DNA of 64,000 nucleotides from an uncultured candidatus Porisulfidus sp. (GCA_965199755.1 CBDASZ010000002.1:160001-224000), one strand, 5' to 3'; counted from the stretch's first letter, positions 35,192 to 45,618 are shown. The notes: generated from the sequence alone by a model not told the origin. Translations and numbers: made by a program.

Positions 35192-36258
35192 GCCGCGGCA
35201 GTGGCGGCCGCACGCCTACCGCGTATGGCGTCCGCCAGATCCTCCAGCAAAACTTCCGTGTCTTCGAATCCAAGACAGGCATCCGTAATACTCTGCCCGT
35301 ATTGCAACGACTCTCCGGCGACCAGTTTCTGGTTGCCGCCGATCAGGTGGCTCTCCACCATCACCCCGACGATCCGACGATCGCCTGTGCGCATTTGCGC
35401 ACCAATGGTCGAGGCGACCTGCACCTGCTTCTCCGGGTCCTTGCTGCTGTTGGCGTGGCTGCAGTCAATCATCACCCGAATCGGGAGATCCGCGGCCTCC
35501 AGTCGCGCGCACGCTTCTTCCACAGCATTGGCGTCGTAGTTCGGCTGACGCCCGCCGCGCATGATAATGTGCGTATCAAGGTTGCCTGTGGTGTGAAAAA
35601 TGGCGCTGTGCCCGTCCTTGGTCATGGACAGAAAACGATGCGGCTGCTGCGAGGAGCGAATCGCGTCGACCGCAATCTGAATGTTGCCGCTGGTACCGTT
35701 TTTGAAGCCCACCGGACACGACAGCCCGGAGGCCAGCTCACGATGACACTGGCTTTCGGTCGTCCGCGCGCCGATCGCGCCCCAACTGATCATGTCGGCC
35801 ACGTACTGCGGGCTGATCAGGTCCAGATATTCGGTGCCGGCCGGAAGTCCGATGTCGCACAAGTCGCGCAACAGGCCGCGCGCCGTGCGCAGGCCCTTGT
35901 TGATGTGGAAGCTGTCGTCGAGGTCCGGATCGTTGATCAAACCTTTCCAGCCGACGGTGGTGCGCGGTTTCTCGAAATACACCCGCATCACAATCAGCAA
36001 TTCTTCTTGCAGGCGCTCGCGCACCGCCAAGAGGCGCTCGGCGTACTCGTGCGCCGCGCTCACGTCATGGATCGAGCAAGGCCCGACCACGACCATCAGG
36101 CGATCATCCCGACCGTCCAGCACCTCACGGATTTGCGTGCGGGCATTGAACACCGTCTGCGCGCCACTCTCCAACAGCGGCAGTTCACCCAGCAGGGTTT
36201 GCGGCGCGATGACATCATGCGTGTCCGTAATGCGCAGATCATCTGTTGCGTACTTCAT
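35188..36258 (-). CDS. aroG: DAHP synthase class I-alpha
   Basis: GPCSIHD, RVYFEKPRTTVGWKG, AIGARTTESQ, DCSHANS; regulatory isoform (aroF/G/H) not resolvable. Confidence 0.93.
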   Translation of the reverse strand: MKYATDDLRITDTHDVIAPQTLLGELPLLESGAQTVFNARTQIREVLDGRDDRLMVVVGPCSIHDVSAAHEYAERLLAVRERLQEELLIVMRVYFEKPRTTVGWKGLINDPDLDDSFHINKGLRTARGLLRDLCDIGLPAGTEYLDLISPQYVADMISWGAIGARTTESQCHRELASGLSCPVGFKNGTSGNIQIAVDAIRSSQQPHRFLSMTKDGHSAIFHTTGNLDTHIIMRGGRQPNYDANAVEEACARLEAADLPIRVMIDCSHANSSKDPEKQVQVASTIGAQMRTGDRRIVGVMVESHLIGGNQKLVAGESLQYGQSITDACLGFEDTEVLLEDLADAIRGRRAAATAAA

Positions 36259-36266
36259 CAGTTGTG

Positions 36267-36896
36267 TTACTCCGTCTCTACGGCTTCTCGAAGGCGCGTC
36301 AACATCGGCACCATCTGATCGTGATGCAACTTCCAGGCACCCTTGTTGACAATCAAGCGGGAACTGACATCGGCGAGCGTCTGATAGGTCTCCAGACCAT
36401 TCGCCTCCAGTGTCTGCCCCGTATCCACTAGGTCTACAATGCAGTCCGACAGCCCCGCCAGCGGTGCCAACTCCATGGAACCATATAATTTTATCGTAAG
36501 GGCCTGTTGCCCTCGCGACGCAAAGTAGGCGCGCGCCAGACGAACATACTTCGTTGCGACCCGAATTCGAGGCTGCTGCAGGCAGGACTCCCCGCCTTTC
36601 GGTCCCGCCACCACCAGCCGACAGCGAGCGATACGAAGATCCAGCGGCTCATACAAGCCGGCGACACGAGACTCGGACAGCACATCGCTGCCGGTCACGC
36701 CCAGTTCAGCCGCGCCGAGCGCGACATAAGTCGGCACGTCCGCAGCGCGCAGGATTACCAATTCCAGATCCGAGTCCCGACACGGCAGAATCAACTGGCG
36801 ACTGCGCTCCGGGTCGCCTTCCGGCGCAATCCCGGCGCGCGCGAACACTTGCAGCGCCTCACGCAGGATGCGTCCTTTGGAGACTGCGATTTTCAT
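36267..36896 (-). CDS. hisG: ATP phosphoribosyltransferase, short form
   Basis: IAVSKGRIL, RVATKY, KLYGSMELAPL, IVDLVDTG. Confidence 0.96.
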   Translation of the reverse strand: MKIAVSKGRILREALQVFARAGIAPEGDPERSRQLILPCRDSDLELVILRAADVPTYVALGAAELGVTGSDVLSESRVAGLYEPLDLRIARCRLVVAGPKGGESCLQQPRIRVATKYVRLARAYFASRGQQALTIKLYGSMELAPLAGLSDCIVDLVDTGQTLEANGLETYQTLADVSSRLIVNKGAWKLHHDQMVPMLTRLREAVETE

Positions 36897-38164
36897 GTCT
36901 CTTCCCTCTCGCTGAGCCGCTGAATCTGCGCGCCTAGGCGACGGAATTTCTCTTCCACGCATTCGTAGCCGCGATCAATGTGGTACACGCGATTGATCAC
37001 CGTCTCGCCTTGCGCCGCAAGGCCAGCCAGAATTAGACTCGCGGAAGCCCGCAAGTCAGTGGCCATGACGGGTGCGCCTGACAACTGCTCCACCCCATAA
37101 ACCGTGGCCATGTTGCCGTGCGTCTCGATCTTCGCGCCCATGCGCGCCAACTCGGAAATGTGCATGAAGCGGTTCTCGAAAATCGTCTCCGTAATCGCAC
37201 TCGCGCCTTCCGCAATCGTGCTGACCGCCATCATCTGCGCCTGCATGTCGGTGGGGAAACCGGGGTATGCGGCCGTACTGAAATCGATCGCACGCGGGCG
37301 GGTGTCCGCCATGTCCAACTGCACGAAGTCTTCACCCGTGACGATATTCGCGCCGCACTCTCCAAGCTTGCACAGGACCGATTCCATGGATTGCGGGTCG
37401 ACCTGATTGACCCGCACATTGCCGCCTGTAATGCAGCCCGCAGCCAGATAGGTCGCCGCTTCAATCCGGTCCGCTGGCACCCAGTGCGTAGCACCGCCCA
37501 AGTTGTCGACGCCGTAAATGCAAATGCGTTCGCTTCCAGCTCCTTCGATTTGCGCACCCATTTTGACCAGACAGCGAGCCAGATCCTGTACTTCAGGCTC
37601 CTGCGCGGCATTTTCGATCTCTGTCTCCCCTTGCGCCAGCGAGGCCGCCATCATCAGATTCTCGGTCCCAGTCACCGTGGGTTGTCGCAGGGTAAGCCGA
37701 GCGCCTTGCAAGCGCTTTGCACGGGCCTGGATATAACCGTCACTCACCGTGATCTGCGCGCCCATGTCGGCCAGCCCTCTGAGGTGCGTATCCACTGGTC
37801 TTGTGCCAATCGCGCAGCCTCCGGGCAGCGACACCGTCGCCTCACCGAAACGCGCAAGCAACGGACCGAGCACCAGAATGGATGCCCGCATGGTGCGGAC
37901 CATCTCGTAGGGGGCATGGTAGCGGCACACGCCGCTGGAATCCACGCGCAGGCGCCGTTTCTCTCCTAGAGTCACGCGCGCACCCATGTCGCTCAGCAAC
38001 TTCACGGTGGACGCCACGTCTTGCAAGTGCGGGACGTTGTCGAGAACCAGCGGCTCCTCGCCCATCAGCGAGGCCGCAAGCACCGGCAGAACGGAGTTTT
38101 TCGCGCCCGAAACCAGTACGTCGCCACGCAAAGGCGTGCCGCCTTCAATCAGAAGCCGGTCCAT
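36893..38164 (-). CDS. murA: UDP-N-acetylglucosamine 1-carboxyvinyltransferase
   Basis: SGAKNS, MRASILVLGPL, LPGGCAIGTRP, PGFPTDMQAQ, ATDLRAS. Confidence 0.98.
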   Translation of the reverse strand: MDRLLIEGGTPLRGDVLVSGAKNSVLPVLAASLMGEEPLVLDNVPHLQDVASTVKLLSDMGARVTLGEKRRLRVDSSGVCRYHAPYEMVRTMRASILVLGPLLARFGEATVSLPGGCAIGTRPVDTHLRGLADMGAQITVSDGYIQARAKRLQGARLTLRQPTVTGTENLMMAASLAQGETEIENAAQEPEVQDLARCLVKMGAQIEGAGSERICIYGVDNLGGATHWVPADRIEAATYLAAGCITGGNVRVNQVDPQSMESVLCKLGECGANIVTGEDFVQLDMADTRPRAIDFSTAAYPGFPTDMQAQMMAVSTIAEGASAITETIFENRFMHISELARMGAKIETHGNMATVYGVEQLSGAPVMATDLRASASLILAGLAAQGETVINRVYHIDRGYECVEEKFRRLGAQIQRLSEREET

Positions 38165-38182
38165 AACAATTCAGGTGCCGAC

Positions 38183-38869
38183 TCAGGAGTTGAGCCAGTG
38201 CGGATAACGCGCCGAGGCATCAGGCGAGGATTCGCGCAAACGCTTGATCACTGCCTCTAAACCGTTCTGGTCTATTTCCGGGCGCAGACTTTTCTGCAAA
38301 CTTTTAAGCAGGAAAATTCCGGCCGCGCGCACCTCAAAGACGCGCCACGACCCGTCCACCTCACGCATCAGGTAGGTCAGATCCACCGGCTCACGCGACG
38401 GCAGCAAAAATTCCGTGCGCACCACCTGATACGACTTGCCAGGTTTGCTCTCAAACGGCAGATAACGAACCTCACCATGCACGTAGGCCAGAATGGTCTT
38501 GGAATACAGGCGGATCAACTGCCGCCGTATGGACTGAAGGAACGCTTCGCGCTGATCCGTTGACGCCTGCATGTAGTGCTGCTTGCCGAGAATGATCCGC
38601 ACGATGCGCTCTTCATCAAGAAACGGGGTCAGCGTCTCATCCACAAAGGCGAACAGCCGTGCGTCATCGCCACGAAATTCAGCCTCGCGAGAGCGCATGT
38701 TGGTCAATAACTGATCAGTGATTTCCTTCAGGCGAACATCCGGCGCGTCGGCCGCCACAGCCGGCAACGCGCACAGGCACGCGGCCAGCGCAAACGCGCC
38801 CGCGCTCAAGCCTTTCAGGCTCAGGGTGCTCGATTTCACAACAAAATGCCCCAATAAACTGCGCGCCAT
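38183..38869 (-). CDS. MlaC/Ttg2D-like periplasmic phospholipid-binding protein
   Basis: Signal peptide, helical N-domain, Y.M...DGSWRVFEV, position upstream of murA. Confidence 0.8.
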   Translation of the reverse strand: MARSLLGHFVVKSSTLSLKGLSAGAFALAACLCALPAVAADAPDVRLKEITDQLLTNMRSREAEFRGDDARLFAFVDETLTPFLDEERIVRIILGKQHYMQASTDQREAFLQSIRRQLIRLYSKTILAYVHGEVRYLPFESKPGKSYQVVRTEFLLPSREPVDLTYLMREVDGSWRVFEVRAAGIFLLKSLQKSLRPEIDQNGLEAVIKRLRESSPDASARYPHWLNS

Positions 38870-38950
38870 TATAAGCGTTTGCGATTAATCTCTCTTTCGT
38901 ACCACCCGAACAAGTTAAACTACTGTCTCTCTCACGCCCGTGCGCTGCTC

Positions 38951-39376
38951 ATGCTCTGGCTCAAAGCTTTTCACCTCATCTTCATGGTGACCTGGTTCGC
39001 GGCCTTGTTCTATCTGCCGCGTCTGTTCGTTTATCACGCCCAGTGCGAAGACAAGCCGGGCCGTACGCGCTTTCGCGTGATGGAGCGCAAATTGCTGTGG
39101 GGCATCGCCACGCCCGGAGCAGTACTGACGCTGATCTTCGGTTTCGCCACTCTGGCCTATCGTCCGGATCTGCTTGCCGCGAGCTGGATGCAACTCAAAC
39201 TCGCTCTGGTCGGAGCGCTCCTCGCCTATCACGTCTACTGCGTGCATCTGACGCGGCAGTTCGCCCGTGAACAAAACCGCCGCAGCCATGTCTGGTACCG
39301 TTGGTTCAACGAGATTCCGGGGGTGTTTTTAATTGCCATCATCCTGCTGGCCGTGTTGCGCCCAACATGGCTGTGA
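38951..39376 (+). CDS. hemJ: Protoporphyrinogen oxidase HemJ (CopD family)
   Basis: WLKAFHLIFMVTWFAALFYLPRLFVYH, MERKL, RWFNEIP. Confidence 0.92.
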   Translation: MLWLKAFHLIFMVTWFAALFYLPRLFVYHAQCEDKPGRTRFRVMERKLLWGIATPGAVLTLIFGFATLAYRPDLLAASWMQLKLALVGALLAYHVYCVHLTRQFAREQNRRSHVWYRWFNEIPGVFLIAIILLAVLRPTWL

Positions 39377-39386
39377 TGATCCGGCC

Positions 39387-40046
39387 ATGAACGCGACCGT
39401 CTTCTATGACCTCGACCATACACTGATCAGTTGCGACAGCGATTATGAATGGGGACGCTTTCTGTCCGCTTCAGGCGAAGTCGACACCGAGCGCTATGCG
39501 ATCGAAAACCAGAAGTTTTACGACGATTACGTCAACAACACTCTGGATGCGCGCGCCTACCTGCAGTTCGTACTGGAACCGCTGGCTGCGATAGACCCTG
39601 AACGCCTGCAACAGATGCAGGCGCAATTTATGCAGGAACGCATCGAGAGCACCATTCGAGAAAAGGCCCGACAACTGATCGTCCGGCACCGCGAACAGGG
39701 AATGCGGCAAGTCGTGGTCACCTCAACCAATGCGTTCATTGCCGAACCAATCGTGCGCGCTCTGGGCTTGTCGGTGCTGATCGCGCCGCAACCCGAAATA
39801 AAGGATGGCCGCTACACCGGGAAGTTGCTGGACGGTCCGTGCTTCAGAACTGACAAGCCCGAACGGGCCGCCGCGTGGGCTGAAGAGGCGGGTGTGCGGT
39901 TGGGAGAGACCTGGGGGTATTCCGATTCCTACAACGATTGCCCGTTGCTGGAGTTCGTCGATCACGCCGTCGCCGTGGATCCCGACCCGAAACTGCGCGC
40001 ACACGCCGAAAAGCAAGGCTGGGACATCATCAGTCTGGCAGACTGA
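39387..40046 (+). CDS. HAD-IB family hydrolase (possible histidinol-phosphatase)
   Basis: DLDHTL, YSDSYND, AVDPD. Confidence 0.9.
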   Translation: MNATVFYDLDHTLISCDSDYEWGRFLSASGEVDTERYAIENQKFYDDYVNNTLDARAYLQFVLEPLAAIDPERLQQMQAQFMQERIESTIREKARQLIVRHREQGMRQVVVTSTNAFIAEPIVRALGLSVLIAPQPEIKDGRYTGKLLDGPCFRTDKPERAAAWAEEAGVRLGETWGYSDSYNDCPLLEFVDHAVAVDPDPKLRAHAEKQGWDIISLAD

Positions 40047-40058
40047 CGCGCGGATGAC

Positions 40059-40991
40059 TCACAGCGAGTAATCGAACGCCTCGCGGAATCTGACTTCCAG
40101 CCACGCCATATCCAGCGTGTGGTTCTGGCCGCCGAGGTGCTGCACCTTCTCGGCTCCAAGCAAAGCGCCAATGCGCCCGCTGGTCTCCCAATCCATGTCG
40201 TGCAACAGGCCATACAGCAAGCCGGCGCGATAAGCATCACCACATCCGGTGGGATCCACATCACGCATTACCTCTAGCGCGGGAATGGACAGCACTTTGC
40301 CGCCGGACAGGTAAATTTCGGAGCCGTCCCCGCCATGCGTGACGATGACCGCCTCCAGGTGTTCTGTCAGTTGTGCCAGCGTCATGCCGCTGCGCACCTG
40401 CATCATGTCCGCTTCATAGGCATTGAACGCGGCCCACGTGGCTTGCTCTACGAAGGTCACAAACTCTTCCTCCTGAAACATGGGCATGCCTTGTCCGGGA
40501 TCAAACAAAAACGGAATGCCGGCTTCCGCCATTTGTTGCGCATGCGCCACCATTCCGGCGCGCCCTTCCGGTGACACCAGACCCAGTTGGATTCCTTCGG
40601 CGAGCACATCCTGTTCGTGGCAGCGCCCCATCGCACCGGGGTGAAAGATGGTGATCTGGTTGTCGTCGAGATCGGTGGTGATAAAGGCTTGCGGCGTGAA
40701 CTCATCATCGAGTATGCGAATGCGCGCTTGCGACATTCCGGTTTGCGTCATCCACTCGCTGTAGTCCCGAAAATCCTGACCGACCGTCGCCATCGGATAG
40801 GCCTCCACGCCCAACAAACCCAGATTGTAGGCAATATTGCCGGCGCAACCGCCAAATTCGCGACGCATGTCGCTCGTCAGAAATGAAACATTCAAATGCT
40901 CCATCTTGTCGCCGAGAATATCCTGATTGAAGTGCCCCTCATAACGCAAGAGCACGTCATAGGCCACTGAGCCGCAGATCAAAACCGACAT
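40059..40991 (-). CDS. PfkB-family carbohydrate/nucleoside (adenosine-like) kinase
   Basis: GGCAGNIAY, FDPGQ, DPTGCGDAYRAG. Confidence 0.92.
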   Translation of the reverse strand: MSVLICGSVAYDVLLRYEGHFNQDILGDKMEHLNVSFLTSDMRREFGGCAGNIAYNLGLLGVEAYPMATVGQDFRDYSEWMTQTGMSQARIRILDDEFTPQAFITTDLDDNQITIFHPGAMGRCHEQDVLAEGIQLGLVSPEGRAGMVAHAQQMAEAGIPFLFDPGQGMPMFQEEEFVTFVEQATWAAFNAYEADMMQVRSGMTLAQLTEHLEAVIVTHGGDGSEIYLSGGKVLSIPALEVMRDVDPTGCGDAYRAGLLYGLLHDMDWETSGRIGALLGAEKVQHLGGQNHTLDMAWLEVRFREAFDYSL

Positions 40992-41024
40992 GGAGATGCC
41001 AAAAAGTTGTGGATGCCCGGATGC

Positions 41025-41604
41025 TTATTGTGGACTGTGTGCGTGCCCTTCAAGAGCCGGCTCCAGAGCCTGATGTACTTTCAGCTGGGGAGTCGGGTTG
41101 CCTAAATAACCCGCCGGCACAAAGCCACCCGTGTGCTGAATGCGCCAACTGTAGTAGCACAATGTGAGGCTGCGCATCAGCATAAAGAGGGTCAGCGCCA
41201 ACCACAGCCCTTGGTTGCCCCACTCCGTCAGCAGAAATTCCCACGCCAGCATATACACCAGAGCCGAGATGGTCATACTGTTGCGCATCTCCCGGGTGTA
41301 GGGTGTAGGTGGTGCCCAGGAACAAACCGGTGAGCAGCAGTGGCAGCATTACGAGCCAGAACAAATGTTCGAGTGCACCCTGCTGCACCGCCACAACCGG
41401 GGTCAGAAATTCAATAATCAGATTCCCGCCCACGGCGACCGCACCGAGATAGTACTCACTCAGCTGGCTCATCACAAAGGAGCCCACGATCCCTGGGATC
41501 GAGGTCGCAAGACCGACCACGATCATGAGCGCGGCCAGCCGCCACACCCGCATGTGGTACTCGCGGGTTAAGTGATCACGGAATAAACGTTCAAATAGTC
41601 CCAT
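41025..41604 (-). pseudogene. Internally deleted, frameshifted MATE (DinF-like) transporter remnant
   Basis: N-terminal VWRLA...YLGAVAVGG and C-terminal REMRNSM...GNQGLWLALTLFMLMRSLTL in different frames within 580 bp. Confidence 0.7.
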
Positions 41605-41792
41605 ACACTTCGGCAGTAAAACCCGGTCTGCGCTCTCTTGTTATCAAAAATCCAGCAACCTCAAAACACACAGCGAAAGCAAACCGATCTTTACGGCCAG
41701 AACCAACAGCAGTCTGGAGGGATTCGCCCGATATTATAGAGAAGTCCCCGCAAATCTATAATAGAGGCACGCACGCACTCCCCCCACAATCA

Positions 41793-42386
41793 ATGCGCCC
41801 CCTCATTCTTGGCAGCAGTTCCCCTTATCGCAAAGAACTCCTCAAACGCCTCCGCCTGACCTTCGAAGTCGAAGCGCCTGAAATTGACGAGACGCCGCAT
41901 TCCGGGGAGCCTGTTGAAGACTATGTGTACAGATTGGCCCATGAAAAAGCCGCCGAGGTCGGGCAACACCACGAAGACGCGCTGATTATCAGCAGCGACC
42001 AGTGTGCCACTTTGGGTGGCGCGCTCATGGGCAAACCTGGCACTTATGAGCAGGCGCAGCAGCAATTGACGCAAATGAGCGGTCGGGAAGTTCTCTTTTA
42101 CACCGGCTTGTGTCTGCTGGAGACAGGTTCTGGAACTACGCACTACCGTGAAGCCCGACATGCGGTTGGCTATCGGACGCTGGATGCCGCGACCATTGAT
42201 GCCTATTTGACTCAGGAAGAGCCGTACAACTGCACGGCCGCATTTCGCTCGGAGGGTCTGGGCGTCGCGCTGACCCGCTATATTCGCGGCGATGACCCCA
42301 GTGCGCTAATCGGACTGCCGCTGATTCACCTGATTGAACTGCTGCGCGAAGTCGGCGTAGCGGTGCCGCCCGACGCTACTCTTTAG
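41793..42386 (+). CDS. Maf family nucleotide pyrophosphatase (YceF-like)
   Basis: LILGSSSPYRKELL, IDE, SDQ, GKP, LIGLPL. Confidence 0.93.
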   Translation: MRPLILGSSSPYRKELLKRLRLTFEVEAPEIDETPHSGEPVEDYVYRLAHEKAAEVGQHHEDALIISSDQCATLGGALMGKPGTYEQAQQQLTQMSGREVLFYTGLCLLETGSGTTHYREARHAVGYRTLDAATIDAYLTQEEPYNCTAAFRSEGLGVALTRYIRGDDPSALIGLPLIHLIELLREVGVAVPPDATL

Positions 42387-43309
42387 TACAGTTCCGGCAT
42401 TCGCAGTCGCATCTGCAACCATTGCGTGATCTGGCTGCCCACCCGGTCACCGAATTGCTCCAGCAAGTCCGGCTGATAGGTGTAGTCCACTACCCGCTCC
42501 GCGCCAATCTGCTCTCGCGCCAGTTCACCCGCGCTCGCGAACCCGTCGACCAGTCCCAACTGATGCGCGCGAGTTCCGGTCCAGATACGCCCGTCATACA
42601 GCGGATCGGCTGTCTCATCCAGACGCTCGCCGCGTGATTCCTGCACGATCGCGACAAAACGCTGATGCAACGTATCGATCATCTCCTGCAAATGCCGCCT
42701 GTGCGCCGGATCCTGTGGCTGAAAGGGGTCCAACATATCCTTGAACTCACCAGACTTTGCAACCCGTCGCTCAATGCCCCAACTCTCGATCAGATCGACC
42801 AGACCGAAACTGGTCGCGATCACCCCGATAGAGCCTACCAGGCTGGATTTATCGACGTGCACTTCCTGCGCCGCCATGGCGATGTAATAAGCGGCTGAAG
42901 CGCACATGTCTTCCGCCACTGCATAAACCGGCTTGTCGGGATGGGCTTCACGCAGGTGATTGATCTCTGTATAGATGCGGTGCGCCTGAACGGGCGAGCC
43001 TCCGGGACTGTTGAGTCGCAACACCACGCCCTTGACCTGCGGCTCCTCAAACGCAGCGCGCAGACCTTTGGTGACATCATCCGAGTTGGCGGGGAATTCC
43101 GGCCCGATCACACCGGAAATATTGATCATGGCGGTATGCGCCTCACCCGGTGACACTATCGAAGACTCGTCGGAACTCACGACGAAGAAAATCAGCACCA
43201 GAAGCAACAGCGGTGCCAATCCCATCAGCAAGCGCCAGCGGCGTGCGCGACGGAACTCCGCGGTCAATTCCCGAACCGCGACAACCAAAGCGGAGTCTTT
43301 TTCGTCCAT
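42383..43309 (-). CDS. S49 family peptidase (SppA-like)
   Basis: RLNSPGGSPVQ, CASAAYYIA, VGSIGV. Confidence 0.93.
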   Translation of the reverse strand: MDEKDSALVVAVRELTAEFRRARRWRLLMGLAPLLLLVLIFFVVSSDESSIVSPGEAHTAMINISGVIGPEFPANSDDVTKGLRAAFEEPQVKGVVLRLNSPGGSPVQAHRIYTEINHLREAHPDKPVYAVAEDMCASAAYYIAMAAQEVHVDKSSLVGSIGVIATSFGLVDLIESWGIERRVAKSGEFKDMLDPFQPQDPAHRRHLQEMIDTLHQRFVAIVQESRGERLDETADPLYDGRIWTGTRAHQLGLVDGFASAGELAREQIGAERVVDYTYQPDLLEQFGDRVGSQITQWLQMRLRMPELY

Positions 43310-43409
43310 TAGCCTGATCTGCTTGAGAAGGGAACGTTCCCGAACCGTTCAACACGCATCGGCATGATGGCCTCGGCCCAAACGGCTTTCACCGAAGATG
43401 TTTTGAGCC

Positions 43410-44255
43410 TCACCAGCCCCAGATGTATGCGAGTGACAAGCCCCACTCCTCAACATCATAATCGTAATGCAGCAGCGGTGTGGAGGCGGTCAGGCCCGGT
43501 CCGCCCGCATGAAATTCAATATCGTATTCCGTGCGGAAGATCTCTATCGCGAAATGGCGACCCGGATCGCCGAACTCAATGCCGGCACCGATTGTCCATG
43601 CGGTGGATTTGTCACTGTGGAAGTCACTGCCCTGCGCCAGAGTCGCGCTGTTGGTCGATTCGTTGGTGAACGATGACGTGACATCCAGTTTGCGGCGGCT
43701 CACACCGGTCAAGGCATAAACGGAGCGCTCCGCTCCCAGAAACGTCATGCCATCAATACGGCGTCCCAATTTCAAATTCACCCCGTATTCATACTCCCGC
43801 TCCAGCTCCCACCGGCCCGGCCAGACATCCCCAACGGAACGCCCCCCATCCGGCCCGCGATCATGATCAAGTGTCCCTGCCATATAGCCTGATGCGTCAT
43901 CAGAAAACCAGGCGGCGGTCAGTTCCGTCGCAGCATACACAGTGTCGGACAAATCCCAGCGGGTGCCGGCCAAAATACGGAAGGCAAATCCCTCATCAAC
44001 AGAAGAAGCGCTTGCGCTGTTTGAGTAATTGACCAGATTGGGATTGCTGGTCGCCCGAAGCGCACCGGACTCCCGATAGGTGATTCCCTTTGAGAAATCA
44101 ACATCCGTCGAGGTGATCCCGACACCTGTACCCAAATAATAGCGAAGGTCTTTCGCCTGCGCCGATCCGGCCCACACCACAACCAGTGCCGCGGTCAGCC
44201 AAAGCCAGTGTCCGCGATAATGCGAGCGTAGCAGTGATATTCCTTGGGCATCCAT
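43410..44255 (-). CDS. Putative outer-membrane beta-barrel protein
   Basis: Signal peptide ending AQA, alternating beta-strand pattern, aromatic C-terminus (LSLAYIWGW). Confidence 0.7.
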   Translation of the reverse strand: MDAQGISLLRSHYRGHWLWLTAALVVVWAGSAQAKDLRYYLGTGVGITSTDVDFSKGITYRESGALRATSNPNLVNYSNSASASSVDEGFAFRILAGTRWDLSDTVYAATELTAAWFSDDASGYMAGTLDHDRGPDGGRSVGDVWPGRWELEREYEYGVNLKLGRRIDGMTFLGAERSVYALTGVSRRKLDVTSSFTNESTNSATLAQGSDFHSDKSTAWTIGAGIEFGDPGRHFAIEIFRTEYDIEFHAGGPGLTASTPLLHYDYDVEEWGLSLAYIWGW

Positions 44256-44429
44256 GATGTTTCCGGGTTTAATTCCGTGCTTGTCGCGGTTCTTATTCTA
44301 GTCAATTAAATGGTACCATCGCAGGTGCCTGCCCTCACCAGCCCCATATATATGAGAGTGGCAACCCTCACTTCGTAATCGTGATACAGCATCGGCGCGT
44401 ATACGCAAGAAAACTCGCCTATGGATGCC

Positions 44430-45605
44430 TTATGTGACTTCATTCAAACGCCGCAGATAATGCAGCGACACCCAGCCCAGCACCATACCGACCAATGCCA
44501 CAGCGGTTGCCGCATAAAACGTCGTGCTCGACCCCATACTTTCCCACGCGACTCCGGCCAGCAAGGAACCCAGCGCCGCACCAGCACCGTAACTCAAGGA
44601 AGAATACAGCGCCTGCCCGCGACTTTGCAGGCGTCCCTTGAACAACTGATGCACAACGCGCACCGCCACCGCATGGTAGACACCGTAGGATGCGGCGTGC
44701 AGTGTCTGGGCGAACAGAATCGCCCCCCAGTACATCGGGAACGCGCCCACCACCAGCCAGCGCACGCCCGCCAGCAAGAACGCCACAGCGAACAGCGCCC
44801 GCGCCGGGTGATGCGCCAGATAGTGCGAGAAGAACAAGAACACCAGAATCTCGCCGAACACGCCCACCGCCCATAGTGATGCGATGCCTTGCAATGGATA
44901 GCCGTGCCCCTGCAGATAGATCGAAAAGAACGCATAGAACGGTCCGTGGCTGACTTGCATCAGCACAAACGCCGACAACAGGCCCAGCATGGCCGGATTG
45001 CGCAACAGGCGCATCAGGGTCAGATGTGGAGGATGCTCCAGAAGCTTCGTACTGGTGCCGAGCAGCAAACTGAGCAGAAAGCCGCCTGCATGACACAGCA
45101 ACATGGCGAACGGCACAATCGTCCAGTCTTCTCCGTGCATCGTCGCAAGCCACGCCACACTTGAGCATGAGGCGACAAAGCCAAAAGATCCCCACAGACG
45201 CACATGCGTGTAGGAGTAGTGACTGCTCGGATGATGATCCAGAAAGGACATCGTGAACCCTTCCACCAGCGGTAGCGTCGCGTACCAGAAGAAACTGAAC
45301 ACCAGCAAAAGCGCCGCCATGCCGGTGAAATCCGTCACCCATTGCAGCGCCAGTATTCCCAAGGTGCTGCCAAGCGCGGCACCGCGCGCCAACAGTAGGC
45401 GGTGTCCCGTGTGATCCGCCAGCCAGGCCCATACGTTCGGTGCGAATATCCCGGCGAACATCACCACCGCGAGCAACTGACCGATTTCCAGCGCGCTGAA
45501 TCCCAGCGATTGCAGATACAGCGGCCAGAACGGCAGAAAGATGCCGAGCGAGGCGAAATAAAAAAAGTAGAACCCGGAAAACCGGGCATACTGCAAGTGA
45601 TTCAC
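44430..45605 (-). CDS. MFS transporter (HcaT/MFS_1-like)
   Basis: FYFFYFASLGIFLPFWPLYL, VRLWGSFGF, GQALYSS; about 12 hydrophobic segments. Confidence 0.9.
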   Translation of the reverse strand: MNHLQYARFSGFYFFYFASLGIFLPFWPLYLQSLGFSALEIGQLLAVVMFAGIFAPNVWAWLADHTGHRLLLARGAALGSTLGILALQWVTDFTGMAALLLVFSFFWYATLPLVEGFTMSFLDHHPSSHYSYTHVRLWGSFGFVASCSSVAWLATMHGEDWTIVPFAMLLCHAGGFLLSLLLGTSTKLLEHPPHLTLMRLLRNPAMLGLLSAFVLMQVSHGPFYAFFSIYLQGHGYPLQGIASLWAVGVFGEILVFLFFSHYLAHHPARALFAVAFLLAGVRWLVVGAFPMYWGAILFAQTLHAASYGVYHAVAVRVVHQLFKGRLQSRGQALYSSLSYGAGAALGSLLAGVAWESMGSSTTFYAATAVALVGMVLGWVSLHYLRRLNEVT

Positions 45606-45618
45606 GACTTGCCGGGAG

